DNA from: Antedon mediterranea
Lineage: Eukaryota; Animalia; Echinodermata
DNA length: 64,000 nt
NCBI RefSeq assembly: GCF_964355755.1
Contig: NC_092671.1
Location: 27,416,070 to 27,480,069, forward strand
Reading direction: 5' to 3'
Made by a program: the position numbers and the translations under genes
Shown here: piece after piece, positions 1-12,432 of the stretch
How the letters are laid out: the number at the start of each line of letters is the position of its first letter
How positions within the stretch are numbered: the stretch's first letter is position 1
The notes under the pieces: model-generated
What the model saw: only the letters and a program-made list of their open reading frames with translations
What the model was told of the DNA's origin: nothing
The model's database searches: none

Positions 1-1142
1 TTTGCATCTCCTCGTTTCGTTGCAATGTTAGTATATTTCTTGCCATCTGCCAATTCCATTGTATGTGCTTCCGGTTTGAAGCCTCTTTCAAACTTGATGA
101 ACTTTGATTCATCTATAATAATGACGCACCTGTATCCACTAACAGTCCATGCTTATTAATATCGGTGATGGTTGGTTCATTCATTTTGAATGCGAACGTG
201 TGGTTCTCATCATCACTTGTATCATTTGTCGATTTTGCATAATCGTTCTTCCTTCTACATTCACGCGTATTGTGTGTTGACGTTTTACATGTTAGTTTGT
301 TGCTTTATGTCCAGGCTTTTTACATTCGTAGCAGATTAGTTGTTTAATTGGATGAGTTTTCATGATGGAGTCGTTAACGTTGGTACTCACCATTTTGCTG
401 GTCTTTAAATTCTCTTCATAATTTTTGAGAGAGGTCTTAAATTCTGATAATGTTGGCTGATTTTCTTTTTGTGTTATCACTGTGTTTAGCGTATCATACT
501 CTTCTGGTAGTCCTTTCAGTACCATTGACATTAGCAGTGAGTCACTGAGAACTTCCCCTGCTGTTTTTAACGACACTCCAATCGTTTCTGCTCGAATTAC
601 ATAATCGGTGGTAGTCTCAATTGCTTTCATCTTTAAAGAACATAATTGTGAGTACATTGTTATTACTCTCGGTTTTCCTCTACCTAGGTAATGTTCACGA
701 AGGATCGTTAGCTCTTTACGCCCATCATCTTTAGCATCACGAATAATCAGTGATAGCGACCTTTCATCTAGACATTGAACAAGCTCCGCAAAAGCATTTG
801 CATTCTTGTTTGCATCAGGAGAATTTTCATCTCCTGGATTTATTACACCATGCAACTTCTGTAGACGCATATATCCTAAAAACTTAACTTCCCAGAGTTC
901 ATACTGGGACTCATCGCCGTTGAATAATATTCTTCTGGGCCCATAACCTGTTAGATTATGAGTAGCCATAATCTCGACTTGGAAGCAAACAACAACGGAT
1001 AAAAATAAGATATAACTCAACAGTGTTACATGAGAACTTGAACTACAGTTTATTCAGAACTTGTATTATAATATATGTACAGTACAATTAAATGTGATTG
1101 GTCAGTTAATAATCAGAAAAGAGGTGGGCATTCCACCTATCA
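1..1142 (-). mobile_element. Ty1/copia LTR retrotransposon, family A, 5' part (LTR, PBS, gag, start of protease); degenerate and runs off the window edge
   Basis: ORF 292..1020 has copia gag (FNGD..YELWEVKFLGYM, UBN2-like region) and a broken CCHC knuckle (CYECKKPGHKATN then stop). Protease-like LLVD-G follows near 130-150. PBS GGTTATGGGCCCAG lies at 935-948. Confidence 0.9.
949..1142 (-). repeat. 5' LTR of copia family A (~194 bp)
   Basis: TG...CA termini (tgttag / ctatca), directly abuts the PBS, AATAAA on the minus strand near 1050. LINE RT sequence resumes at 1143. Confidence 0.8.
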
Positions 1143-3400
1143 TAGTACATTAAATGATTATCGTCCTGTTGCTCTAACCCAAATTATTACAAAGTGCTTT
1201 GAGAGGCTATTTAAAGATGTATTGATTAAAGAAACGTTGCCTTTTGTTGATAATAATCAGTTTGCATACTGTAGTAGAGGTGTCGACGATGCAATAACTA
1301 CCCTCTTGCAATGCATCCAATCTATGAAACTTTGGACAAACCTAGGCAATATGTAAGGACGTTATTTTTAGATTTTTCTACGGCTTTCAATAGAGAGAAA
1401 TGGCGAACCGCGATGACGTCACTCAAATTTCACCGAGTGGGTATAGATTGTAAACAAACCATTTCGCCACATGTTTTTGTATGGGAAATTCCGATGGGTT
1501 GAGTTAAAAAAGTAGGTAGAAAAGAACGTTTAAAACACACATAATAGCAGTATCTTTTTTTTTTTGCAACCCCTTAACAATTTTAATGTTATATGGGCAA
1601 ATCTTAACATATTTTATTTTAATTTGGATTGAATTAAGACGCGTTTTTGTTATATACTGTACCCAGCTCTAGGCCCTAGATAGTTGGCCTGTATATGCTG
1701 TAGTACCTCGAGTACTCGAGCCTAGCACGGATTATCGGTTATAATAATAATAATAATAATAATCATAATAATAATAATAATAATAATATTGGAAATTCGT
1801 TATTGCATACTGTACTACTACTACTACTACTTTAGCTAGGGTGCTGCTACTTTAGCTAGGGTGCTGCTAAGCCTCTCCTAGCTAGGTAGTAAGACTAAAA
1901 TAGAGCATCTCTAGTAGATGTAGGCCTAGCATTAGTTTCAGCTTGACAACTGCCATTTTGTTATGTGGCTAGTGATGCTTCCTTCCTGCAGGGGGCTATC
2001 GCCAGTAATGAATACTTGATAACACCATTCTACTATAATACTATAGACCTAGTCTAATGTAGACCTACAGATATGAGATATTTTTAGGAATATGATTGTG
2101 AATGATGGATGACTTTTATACATAACAAGAATTATGAGCGTTACAGCAACAACATTGGTTAGACGACGCCATGATTCACGTGTATAAACATAGGAAATGT
2201 GCCGCCCTCAACGGTTTGTTAATATTTTATACCCACTCGGATTTTAGACGCCGGTTCGCCATTTCTCTCTATTCAATGAAACCAAACATACTTCTTGATA
2301 AATTAGTTAGTATGAATGTTAATCCTTTTGTTTGTCTATGGATCAGAGATTTCTTGAAAAACAGAACCCAGCGTGTTAGAATTGATAATGTTTTGTCTGA
2401 TATCATTGTTTCAAACACCGGTGCCCCACAGGGATGCGTGTTATCTCCATTGTTCACATTATATACAAGCGACCTTAGAAGTGAATCATGTCAAATAGTT
2501 AAATTTGCTGATGACACCTGTATCACAGGCTTAATTGTAAACAATGATGAGAGCACGTATAGAACTGAAGTTAATAATATAATTAACTGGTGTGATATGA
2601 ACTGTCTAAGTATTAATGTAAATAAAACAAAGGAAATTGTGTTTGACTTTCGTAAAATTAAGAGGCAACTTATACCTTTAAATATCAAAGATAATGATGT
2701 CCGCACAACTAGTGAACATAAATATTTAGGAGTATGGATAGATGAAAAACTGTCATAGAACGCCAACACTGCCAAAGTCTATGCAAAGGCAAACCAAAGA
2801 TTGTACTTCTTAAGGAAATTAAGAAACTTTAAGATTGGCAGAGATGCGCTGTCTCTATTCCATCAGGCTATGATACAGTCCATATTAACATTTTGCTGTA
2901 TTGTATGGCTAAATAGTTTATCTAAGTATAACTCAAATAAATTACAGAGAATAATAAAAATGGCTAAGAAGGTAATAGGTGCAAACGTCCCATCTATCCA
3001 TGATATATGCGATAAGGTTATGGAGAAAAAACTAAAATGTATAATTAACGACCAGTCTCATCCTCTTTTTAACTTTATAAATTTCAGTAGATCCGGAAGG
3101 ATGATCCCTTCAATTAAGAAGACTGAGCGTCATAATAAATCATTTCTTCCGTGTGCAATCAGGCAATACAACAAGCAATTTAAAAGATAACTTGAGACGT
3201 TTTATATTTTATTCTTTATATAGTATTTTAATATTTATACTGTTCATAATGTTTTATACATAGTATATTTTCTTATATATTATCGTATCCATTGTATAGT
3301 ATTGTATGTTGTTATTTTTATTGTAATTTGAACCTTGGAAGGCAAATTTCATCTACTGTGTATTTGACAATAAATTTTAACTTGAACTTGAACTTGAACT
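1143..3400 (+). mobile_element. Rex1/Babar-like LINE, RT and 3' end (pseudogene), split by an insertion
   Basis: Motifs LNDYRPVALT, NQFAY, LFLDFSTAFN|SMKP, GAPQGCVLSP, VKFADDT. AATAAA followed by a (CTTGAA)n tail at ~3369-3400. Confidence 0.88.
1392..2270. mobile_element. Non-autonomous TIR DNA transposon with AT target duplication (ISL2EU/PIF-Harbinger-like)
   Basis: TIRs agagagaaatggcgaaccg / cggttcgccatttctctct plus subterminal IR ccgagtgggtata / tatacccactcgg. Removing it and one AT restores the LINE frame AFNSMKP. Confidence 0.85.
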
Positions 3401-4734
3401 ATTTCGGTGTATAAGTCGCACTTTTGACCTCTAAATTAAGGGTGCGTCTTATACACCGAACATAAATGCCTCACCACACAGATTGTACATAATCGTCACC
3501 TCGTTGGTTGGCGCGGCTAGGCCTAGGCTAGCTACAGTGTACTAACGTAACGACAACCTGCTTCTGCCTAGTTTTCAAGGCATTTTAGCGTGATGTTATA
3601 CTAAATATGATGAAAAGATTTGTTCATTATAGAGCTGTGTTTTAGGCGCTCCGATAAAATTTCATTTGTAAACGTTTACGATTGGAATGTATTTATATAT
3701 AGTTATACGCACGATCGCCGACCGCCGTACCCCTAGCGCAAGCCCTACACTGCCAAAGTCTATGCAAAGGCAAACCAAAGATTGTACTTCTTAAGGAAAT
3801 TAAGAAACTTTAAGATTGGCAGAGATGCGCTGTCTCTATTGCATCAGGCTATGATACAGTCCATATTAACATTTTGCTGTATTGTATGGCTAAATAGTTT
3901 ATTTAAGTATAACTCAAATAAATTACAGAGAATAATAAAAATGGCTAAGAAGGTAATAGGTGCAAACGTCCCATCTATCCATGATATATGCGATAAGGTT
4001 ATGGAGAAAAAACTAAAATGTATAATTAACGACCAGTCTCATCCTCTTTTTAACTTTATAAATTTCAGTAGATCCGGAAGGATGATCCCTTCAATTAAGA
4101 AGACTGAGCGTCATAATAAATCATTTCTTCCGTGTGCAATCAGGCAATACAACAAGCAATTTAAAAGATAACTTGAGACGTTTTATGTTTTATTCTTTAT
4201 ATAGTATTTTAATATTTATACTGTTCATAATATTTTATACATAGCATATTTTCTTATATATTATCTTATCCATTGTATAGTATTGTATGTTGTTATTTTT
4301 ATTGTAATTTGAACCTTGGAAGGCAAATTTCATCTACTGTGTATTTGACAATAAATTTTAACTTGAACTTGAACTATTTTGGTGTATAAGTCGCACTTTT
4401 GACACGCAAATTTGACCTCTAAATTAAGGGTGCGTCTTATACACCGAACATAAATGCCTCACCACACAGATTGTACATAATCGTCACCTCGTTGGTTGGC
4501 GCGGCTAGGCCTAGGCTAGCTACAGTGTACTAACGTAACGACAACCTGCTTCTGCCTAGTTTTCAAGGCATTTTAGCGTGATGTTATACTAAATATGATG
4601 AAAAGATTTGTTCATTATAGAGCTGTGTTTTAGGCGCTCCGATAAAATTTCATTTGTAAACGTTTACGATTAGAATGTATTTATATATAGTTATACGCAC
4701 GATCGCCGACCGCCGTACCCCTAGCGCAAGCCCT
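2766..4734 (+). repeat. Tandem duplication of ~985 bp (2766-3746, 3747-4734) covering a LINE 3' end and part of a MITE
   Basis: Near-identical 129-aa ORFs at 2801 and 3782. The copies differ by one CTTGAA tail unit, a 13-bp indel and a few SNPs. Confidence 0.95.
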
Positions 4735-5207
4735 TCTTGGCGGCCACATGGTGTACGGTATTCGACTAGTATATTCTCCAGTTGATTATAGCATGGACCT
4801 AGCGTATACACTTCTCGGATACATAGAAACTAATCGAATACGATTGTCCGTGAAAACGTGCGCCCTCTCGAAATGATCGAGCGAGGCTAGCCCACACACG
4901 TGCGTGTTACACACACGGTCATGCACTCGATGTTGCGGGTGCGAAAATCATTAAGAACAAGTTAGAAAGAACTTGTTGAGGCTGGGCGCGACCGAGCCTA
5001 GGTAAGAAAAAATCTAAATAAAGACTTCGTTGTAGATATAACAAAAAATATTATTACAATAATATTGATTACAATTTAAAAAAACATTGTTTTGATGAAA
5101 TATAAAGTGCGTCTTATACATCGACGATATCAAAAATACCGATATTTTACTCTCAGTTAGGGGGTGCGTCTTATACACGGGTGCGACTTATACACCGAAA
5201 TATACGG
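3401..5207. mobile_element. Tc2/pogo-like (Tc1/mariner superfamily) MITE; left TIR interrupted by the LINE
   Basis: Right end gtgcgacttatacaccgaaatatacgg followed by TA. Left remnant atttcggtgtataagtcgcac at 3401 and again at ~4376. Internal gtgcgtcttatacac repeats. Confidence 0.75.
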
Positions 5208-5689
5208 TACTTGCTTTAATGAATTATCTTAATAATTTGGAAATCTACAGATTAAAGTAATGTATATTGTCAGATTTTGCTTTTATTGAGTACGTAATGG
5301 ATTACAATTCACCAGTCAACGGAATGGGATCACGTCTATCAAAGGATAGATGACATGGTGAAATGAGCAATAAAACATCGGTCACTACGAAGTCACGGCT
5401 AAGATTGGTTTAAAATATCTGTTTCATTGAAAGTAAGGATCGGATTTATAACCTCCAAAGCACGATGTACTATACGTAAGTGTTTGATCAGATGTCGATT
5501 ATGTCGATATTTAACTAAATAGTGGATTTCTGGAACCATCGCAAAGCTAGGCCCACTAAAGACAAACTTATAGATCCAGGAAAGGGCTATCTGTACCTGT
5601 AACAAATAGCTAAGCCCCATCCCATCATTGTGATCTATTGATGAACGATGAAACAATATCATATCTGAATCAGCCAATCAACGCCAAGC

Positions 5690-6845
5690 TTGTTACAGTC
5701 AATAGTTAATTGTTCCTGTCACGCCTCAGTCAACACTGATCGAACCCTATTCACGTTACTGGCAAGCGCGGTCTTCACGCTTGACCAGCTACAAACAATA
5801 GAGTCAGATAATGACCTAATCCAATTCTCGCAGCAATCACCGTCATCTTCTGTAAATAATGAAAATGACGCTAAAGCGGAAGGGCAAAAACACATACTAG
5901 AGGATTTTTTAATGACTGGAAGAGAAGGTATTGAATGTGTAGCAGGATGCAACTTAACCAATAAAAACAAAAACTCAATAACATGCACCCTGTGCAACAA
6001 ACAATACCATAGAGCATGTGTAGATGCTAAAGGAAAAAAGGGAACTTGGATCTGTCCTATATGTCGACGCATCTCAAGTATACTCTCAACCATAACCAAA
6101 ACCATTCTTGTCTTGAATCAGCGGATAAGATATCAAGACTAACAGATTGGTAACGCAACCAGACATCCTAACAATATTACTACTACTGATACTTATTCGC
6201 ATAAAAGAAAAAGATAAAGAACGAATCCTTACAGAAAACAAGTAGCTAAAATCGGAAATAGAATTGCTATGGAAAGAACTGAGACAAAAAAACGATTGAA
6301 AACGCAAAGCTAACGGCAGAAAACAAACTGCTTAGACAAGAACTAAAGCAACAAACTGAAAATCCAAAATATGCCAATATGTACACGAATTAAGAGCTGA
6401 GATAGAAAAGATCTGAGAAAAGACAAACAGAGCAGAAAAAGAAGCGAAAGCTACTGCTAATACAATCACAGGTAAGACGTGCGCACAAGTGAAGTTATTG
6501 CTACTAAGGATAAGTCCAACTAGACGCAGCTAGGAGTGAAATCGCAAAGCGAAAGAGGCAGTTTACGAAGCCAAACAAACGCAGATAGCGGTAGATACCT
6601 CAAACTTCCAAACTGTGCATACAAGAAAGCAGCAAGACGGAGCTCAAACTACGTACGAATACGAATATATTGAATATGGTCTCAGAAAGAGATTAAGCAC
6701 TATAGAATCATGTTCATACACGAACACACTTCAACTTAATGATTCCATAAATAACATAAGTCTATCACTTTTGCATTTTAATATAAGAAGTACTTTGATG
6801 AGTTAGTAACTTATCTCAACCATATCAAACATGTATTTACAATAT
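5690..6845 (+). pseudogene. PHD-finger / coiled-coil ORF1-like remnant of a LINE, followed by an APE endonuclease start
   Basis: C-x3-C...CTLCNKQYHRAC...WICPIC PHD pattern, then a broken E/K-rich helix, then SLLHFNIRS (APE N-terminal motif) near 6760-6790. Confidence 0.6.
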
Positions 6846-6850
6846 ATAAT

Positions 6851-8157
6851 CCCATAACAAAACGTCTTAGTAAATATAGCTCTATATCTATTAGCCTTAT
6901 AAGTTATCGCCTTATAGATATCTAAGCACCTACTAATAAGGAGATTTTAGGTAGAATTTAGATAGTTCCCAATAGGTTTTACCTCATTAGCATAATTCAA
7001 AACCCTCACTAATAGTATTAGATAGATTTTCACTGTATACATCTATCTATTGTTTACTATATAATAGATATACAAAGGGCCGGGCTACCAGCAATCTATT
7101 AATAGAAACAAACAAACCAGTTAATAAACTATCTATTTTATACAATTAGATAGATATGGACTACCAGATACCTATTAGAAATCTATAAGTGTCATATCTA
7201 TCTACTGTCTACTTATTATAGCTATACAAGGGCTACCAATAACCTATCGATAGACTATAAAGAAACTGATAATAGCCAGTTAAATATTAATCAACTATCT
7301 ATTTTATATAGCTGGGAAGTAGTTATTCCATCGTTGATTCATTGAGTTAAAATCCTTAGTTGCAAAAAAATACTAATTTACATAATTGTGTAATTATTTT
7401 GTGGTGTGTGATGGGCAAAGGGTTAGTCTACAGTTAGGTATAAAAAAAAAAGTAATTTGCATATTGATGACGTCATGTGACGTCATTACAGGTATTTTGG
7501 ATTTCTTGTTTTTTATCTAATTAATGATAAAAACTATATTTTCTATAAGAAATTCTTATGGAATACGTTTTTCCAACTGGATATTGATGAAGATACGTAT
7601 AACAAATAAAAATATTTAAAAAATTGAATTATTTTCATTGTTTATAAAAATTATGCACAAAGTTTTGGGGCAAAATCGTGAAAATAATGACAGTTTCCAA
7701 AAATTCACTATAGTACAAAAACTAACTATTGTTTTTAGAATTTTTTTTTTTTTGCGTGTTGTGATAAACACGATGTTGCCCTATTGGGGCTGGTAAATTG
7801 TTGTTACTTTCAAAATTGCCGCCATTACGCTACTCAAAACAACTTTCCAAGATAGAAATACTATTATATATACTATACTATATTTAACTATAGAAGGCGC
7901 ATTATTTTCAAGACGATAATACAACTATAGAGGGCCGTTTTTTTGGCTGGAAAATTTTGTTAATGACTTGCAAAATTATTCAAGTTCATCGAAAGAATAT
8001 AGAGGGTGCTATATATTATAGGCAAATACGATTAAATAATTGTTTTGCCCATACCTGGTATTACCGGGTATACGTATTTCAACGACGTTTGTTTATACCC
8101 GGTATACGCAGTGAAAGGGTTAAGCCTACTTAAATCTACTAATTTTTTTGCTATGGG
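6851..8157. mobile_element. Composite of non-autonomous DNA element remnants (CCCATAGCAAAA-type termini with a nested piggyBac-like end)
   Basis: cccataacaaaa at 6851 versus ttttttgctatggg at 8144-8157; a related terminus occurs at 16327. piggyBac-like cagtgaaaggg+TTAA at ~8109-8123 with subterminal IR taccgggtata / tatacccggta. No matching TSD found. Confidence 0.4.
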
Positions 8158-8949
8158 TGGAATTTCGCATCAGCAATTTTTTCGCGCCAGTTCCCTGTCC
8201 CGTCATTCAATTCAAGAAACATTTATTGACCAAAAATATTCTATCATAACATTAACAATGGTTGGCATATAATATATAGTCGAAAGTCGCTGTAGTCCCT
8301 CTTTACATTATACAAATAATAATAATACAACACTTAGGCTAATTAATTAGCCGTTTCGTACATTATATTAAAAAAAAGAATACAGTATCTTAATTAATTA
8401 GGTTACCATCTGAGGTATACTTTAATAAAAGATATTCTTGAATGGACCTTTTTAAACTTTTGCCGTGCTTATGCACCATGCTTGGAATTTTATTACAGAA
8501 ATAATTCCAAAGTTTAGATCCATTTATATGAATAAAGTGTTGGCCGCAAGTTAGTCTTGAGAAAGGTACATTCATTGCATATTTGTGTCTAAGATTGTGA
8601 TAATTATAGATGACAAATTTCGTTTTTGTAAAAGCACAAGTTAACGGAGTACTTACTCGAACGTTTCGATCTCTATCAGAGATCCTTCTCAACTGACTGC
8701 GGAGTGTTAATGCAGCTTGGTCATTCTTGACGTCATCTGTTGATGACGTCGTACGCCTCCGGTTGTAGGTTGGAGGTTGTGCGGGGCTCGGCCAGGTGAT
8801 GTGTCTATCAAATCATTGTACAAATGCGAGAGTTCGTGGGCTCCAGTGTCCCGGTTCATGGTCTTCTTCTTATTTCTCCTTATATGTAATGATTCTCTAA
8901 TCTGTCTGTCTTTGCGTTTAGGCTCTTTGGTTAAACAATAAACACGCTT

Positions 8950-9696
8950 GTGGACAGAGCTGAGAAGGTAGTGGGAGATATGGATTTGAGGAAAGTTGAG
9001 ATGGATAACATCAAGAAAGCGTTACACAACTGCCAGTATCCAGAGTGGTCCTTCCAGAGAGTTATGGAAAACCGAAAAAGAAAAAAGAACAAAGGACACG
9101 AACCACAGAAGGAAAAAATCAAGATGCGAGGTAGCATAGGAATCCCCTACGTAAAAGGAATGGCAGAAAGAATACGACGCACTCTCTCCTATCACAATGT
9201 CGGAACCTATTTCCTACCCCAAAATAAAATCAAGAATAGCCTCGTCCACCCAAAAGATAAAATCGAGAAGATGGATACATGTGGAGTAATCTACGAAGTC
9301 ACCTGCCGCAACTGTCCACAAGTTTACATTGGGGAAACAGGGAGGGTATTACAAACACGAATTAATGATCACAAAAAAGATGTTACAACAAACACGGGGG
9401 GAGTAATGACTAGGGCCTCCAGAACATCCACATCTTCGATCATACACAAATCTGCCATTACAGAACATGTCATAAAACACAATCATGTACCAAACTGGGA
9501 GGCTACCATCTTAACCAAAGAGCCTAAACGCAAAGACAGACAGATTAGAGAATCATTACATATAAGGAGAAATAAGGAGAAGACCATGAACCGGGACACT
9601 GGAGCCCACGAACTCTCGCATTTGTACAATGATTTGATAGACACATCACCTGGCCGAGCCCCGCACAACCTCCAACCTACAACCGGAGGCGTATGA
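8950..9696 (+). CDS. Penelope RT thumb plus GIY-YIG endonuclease (C-terminal fragment, open frame)
   Basis: IPYVKG, GVIYEVTCRNCPQVYIGETGR.L.TRI.DH, SAITEH...H, RESLHI, MNRD. Confidence 0.85.
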   Translation: MDRAEKVVGDMDLRKVEMDNIKKALHNCQYPEWSFQRVMENRKRKKNKGHEPQKEKIKMRGSIGIPYVKGMAERIRRTLSYHNVGTYFLPQNKIKNSLVHPKDKIEKMDTCGVIYEVTCRNCPQVYIGETGRVLQTRINDHKKDVTTNTGGVMTRASRTSTSSIIHKSAITEHVIKHNHVPNWEATILTKEPKRKDRQIRESLHIRRNKEKTMNRDTGAHELSHLYNDLIDTSPGRAPHNLQPTTGGV

Positions 9697-9752
9697 CGTC
9701 ATCAACAGATGACGTCAAGAATGACCAAACTGCATTAACACTCCGCAGTCAG

Positions 9753-9787
9753 TTGAGAAGGATCTCTGATAGAGATCGAAACGTTCG
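9753..9787 (+). ncRNA. Atypical minimal hammerhead-like motif in the pLTR (inverted copy at ~8658-8692)
   Basis: TTGAGAAG, stem II GATCTCT-gat-AGAGATC, GAAAC, palindromic AACGTT. The core deviates from CUGANGA and stem I is unclear. Confidence 0.45.
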
Positions 9788-12432
9788 AGTAAGTACTCCG
9801 TTAACTTGTGCTTTTACAAAAACGAAATTTGTCATCTATACAAAATCGAAGCTAAATGAAATTCTTTCAAGATTGTGATAATTGTTGTTATGCTTACTAA
9901 AAATGTTTAGAACATATTGTGGTAACACACCACGCCTAACATTATCCATGAAGCCTATAACATTTAGTTTATGGATGTCGTGAATATTAAGTATTTTTAG
10001 TTTTTTTAACAGAGGTTCAGACGACACTCTCATGTTTGAATGAGTTATTATTCTGGCAGCTCTTTTATGGAGCTTCCATAATGTTTCCAGTGTGTTTCAC
10101 TAGTATTCCAGTAGCCCTTGCTACTTTTTTACTGGTAAGTTTAATATGCTGCTTCCAGCAGAGGTTTTCATTGACCACGACACCTAAAAACGTAACATTT
10201 TCTTTTTGTTCTAGTTTAATATTGTTCATTTTTATACACACTTTGTTTGGGTTTACACATTTATGTGGAGCTCTAAATACAATATAATTTGTTTTACAAA
10301 TGTTCAACAAGAGCTTATTGGCTTTAAGTTCACAAGTTCAATATTGATTATACTTGACAATATTTTGAGATCGTTGCCACATTTTATGCTTGTTGTATCA
10401 TCTGCAAAGCAAATGACATTGAGCTCAGTACTTGCATTATATATGTCATTAACGTATAAAAGGAACAGTAATGGCCCTAATACCGAGCCTTGTGGGACTC
10501 CAATACCATTTTCCTGTATAATAGATGCTGTACCATTAATATAAACATATTGTTTGCGAGATTTCAGATAATTCTTAAACAGAGTCATCGCAATACCTCT
10601 GATGCCATAATGCGATAGTTTACTTATTAATATATTATGGTCGATAATATCGAACGCTTTTGATAGGTCCATAAATGTGGCGATTGCATATTGCTTTTTT
10701 TCGAAGGTGTCTAATAATGTATAAACCATGTCAATTATGGCATGTGAGGTTGAAAGCTATATTGGCGTTTGTTTAATATATTGAATTTAGATAAGTAATT
10801 GTATAATCGTTTGTATACTACTTTTTCAAATATTTTTGAAAAAATTGGTAATAAGAATATTGGACGATAATTAGAGGCTACATGGCGATCGCCTTTCTTT
10901 TAGATGGGGACGATTTTTGCAATTTTCATTTTTTGAGGAATTATTCCAGTTCGGAGGGATTGGTTAAAAATATGTGTTAGAGGTTTCACAATGGTATATC
11001 CAATTTCCTTGATAACCTTTGGTGAAATACTGTCAAATCCGGGTGCTTTGTTAATATCAAGAGATCGGATAATACTCATCTCTCTTCTTCGTTCACAGGA
11101 CAGAAAAACAGTGAGTTGCGTTGCTGATTGGAGAGGTAATTCATTCATTCATTCTGCTATTATTCAATATTTCTCTTTGCAGTATATATAAAAATAAAAC
11201 TGAATTGCGAGAGATTTACATATAAAATTGGTACAAGCTTTCAAACAACAAAATCAGAATATTGAGTCGTCGTAGACTCAATATTGTCTCGAACCTCTTG
11301 ACCGACATTAATAAAGTAATTATTTAAATGATTTGCCACAGCATAGCAACCCTTAACAGTTTCGCTGTAGTGTGTAAAATAAGATGGAATATTATTTTTA
11401 CCTTTCCCTGGATTTATGACGTCATTTATAACGTCCCACGTTTTTTTCACACTTCCATTTGTGTGGATAAAAACACTTTCATAATATAATTTTGTTGCTT
11501 TTTTTGTGTATATACGAGTTTGGTTTTGGGTGTGGGATGTTTTATATACCTTTTATATAAGACATGCTTTCTTTTGCTGGATTTTAATAACCCAGAACTC
11601 ATCCAAGGTTGTTTAAACTTTTTATAATTTTTTGGTTGTTTTACATTTTTTTTCTTTACATTTTTATTATATAATTTATAAAATTATCAAGAAAAATATT
11701 GTAAGCGTCATCAAGGTTCCTTATTTTATAGATGTCATCCCATTCAGCAAGACGCAAATCAATGTTGAGTTGCATTATATTTCTGTCATTAATTAAGTAT
11801 TTGTTGTTTGAGAGAGTATTATTATTATTGTTGTCGTCGTTGTTCTGGCCAAATCACTAATTTAAAGCACACTGTTAATGCGAATCTTCAATGTCCATTC
11901 ATAAACTGATTAAATGAAACAACAAAAATATCTCTCAGTAATAAGACAATAGCAAACAATAATACTATAGTAAAGTTATACAAACTAAATAATAATAATG
12001 CCTCATAATTCAGGCTAGGTATTAACTAAATACACTTTAAATAAACAGGTAAGTATACATAGACAAATTAAGGTGTCGCCCAAATGGCTCAACCACCATA
12101 ACAAACATAAATACAGTATAAATCCATCAATAAAGGCAATCAACTTAAAACTCACCAAAGATTGTGCTAACCACTTTGTACCAGAACATATAGGCCTATA
12201 TTGCCATCTACTATATGGATGAACATAGCTATTACTAATACTACTATTCTTCTTGTAAGGACACATCCACCTAGCATGGCTTTCCAACTGCAACTGACCT
12301 CAAGGCCAAGGTCAAGCTCCAAAAGGAGCCACCTGGAATATCTATTCCTTATAACATAAAATAGTAGCCAAATTGGTCCCTAGACTTAATAGGGACATAT
12401 TAAGTTACCAAATTGGACCTTACAGTCGTCAT

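Larger units (their letters stand above)
8606..9868 (+). mobile_element. Penelope-like element (Penelope/Poseidon type), 5'-truncated, with inverted 5' pLTR and 15-bp TSD
   Basis: GIY-YIG ORF 8950..9696. Segment 8606-8934 is the reverse complement of 9511-9839. TSD aagattgtgataatt at 8591-8605 and 9869-9883. Confidence 0.93.
8204..11850 (-). mobile_element. CR1/L2-group LINE ORF2 remnant with 3' tail, interrupted by a Penelope element
   Basis: KAPGFDSI, FMDLSKAFD, GVPQGSVLGPLLFLLYVND, FADDT, GSKLWN. AATAAA plus TTGAA tail at ~8204-8226. Confidence 0.88.
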
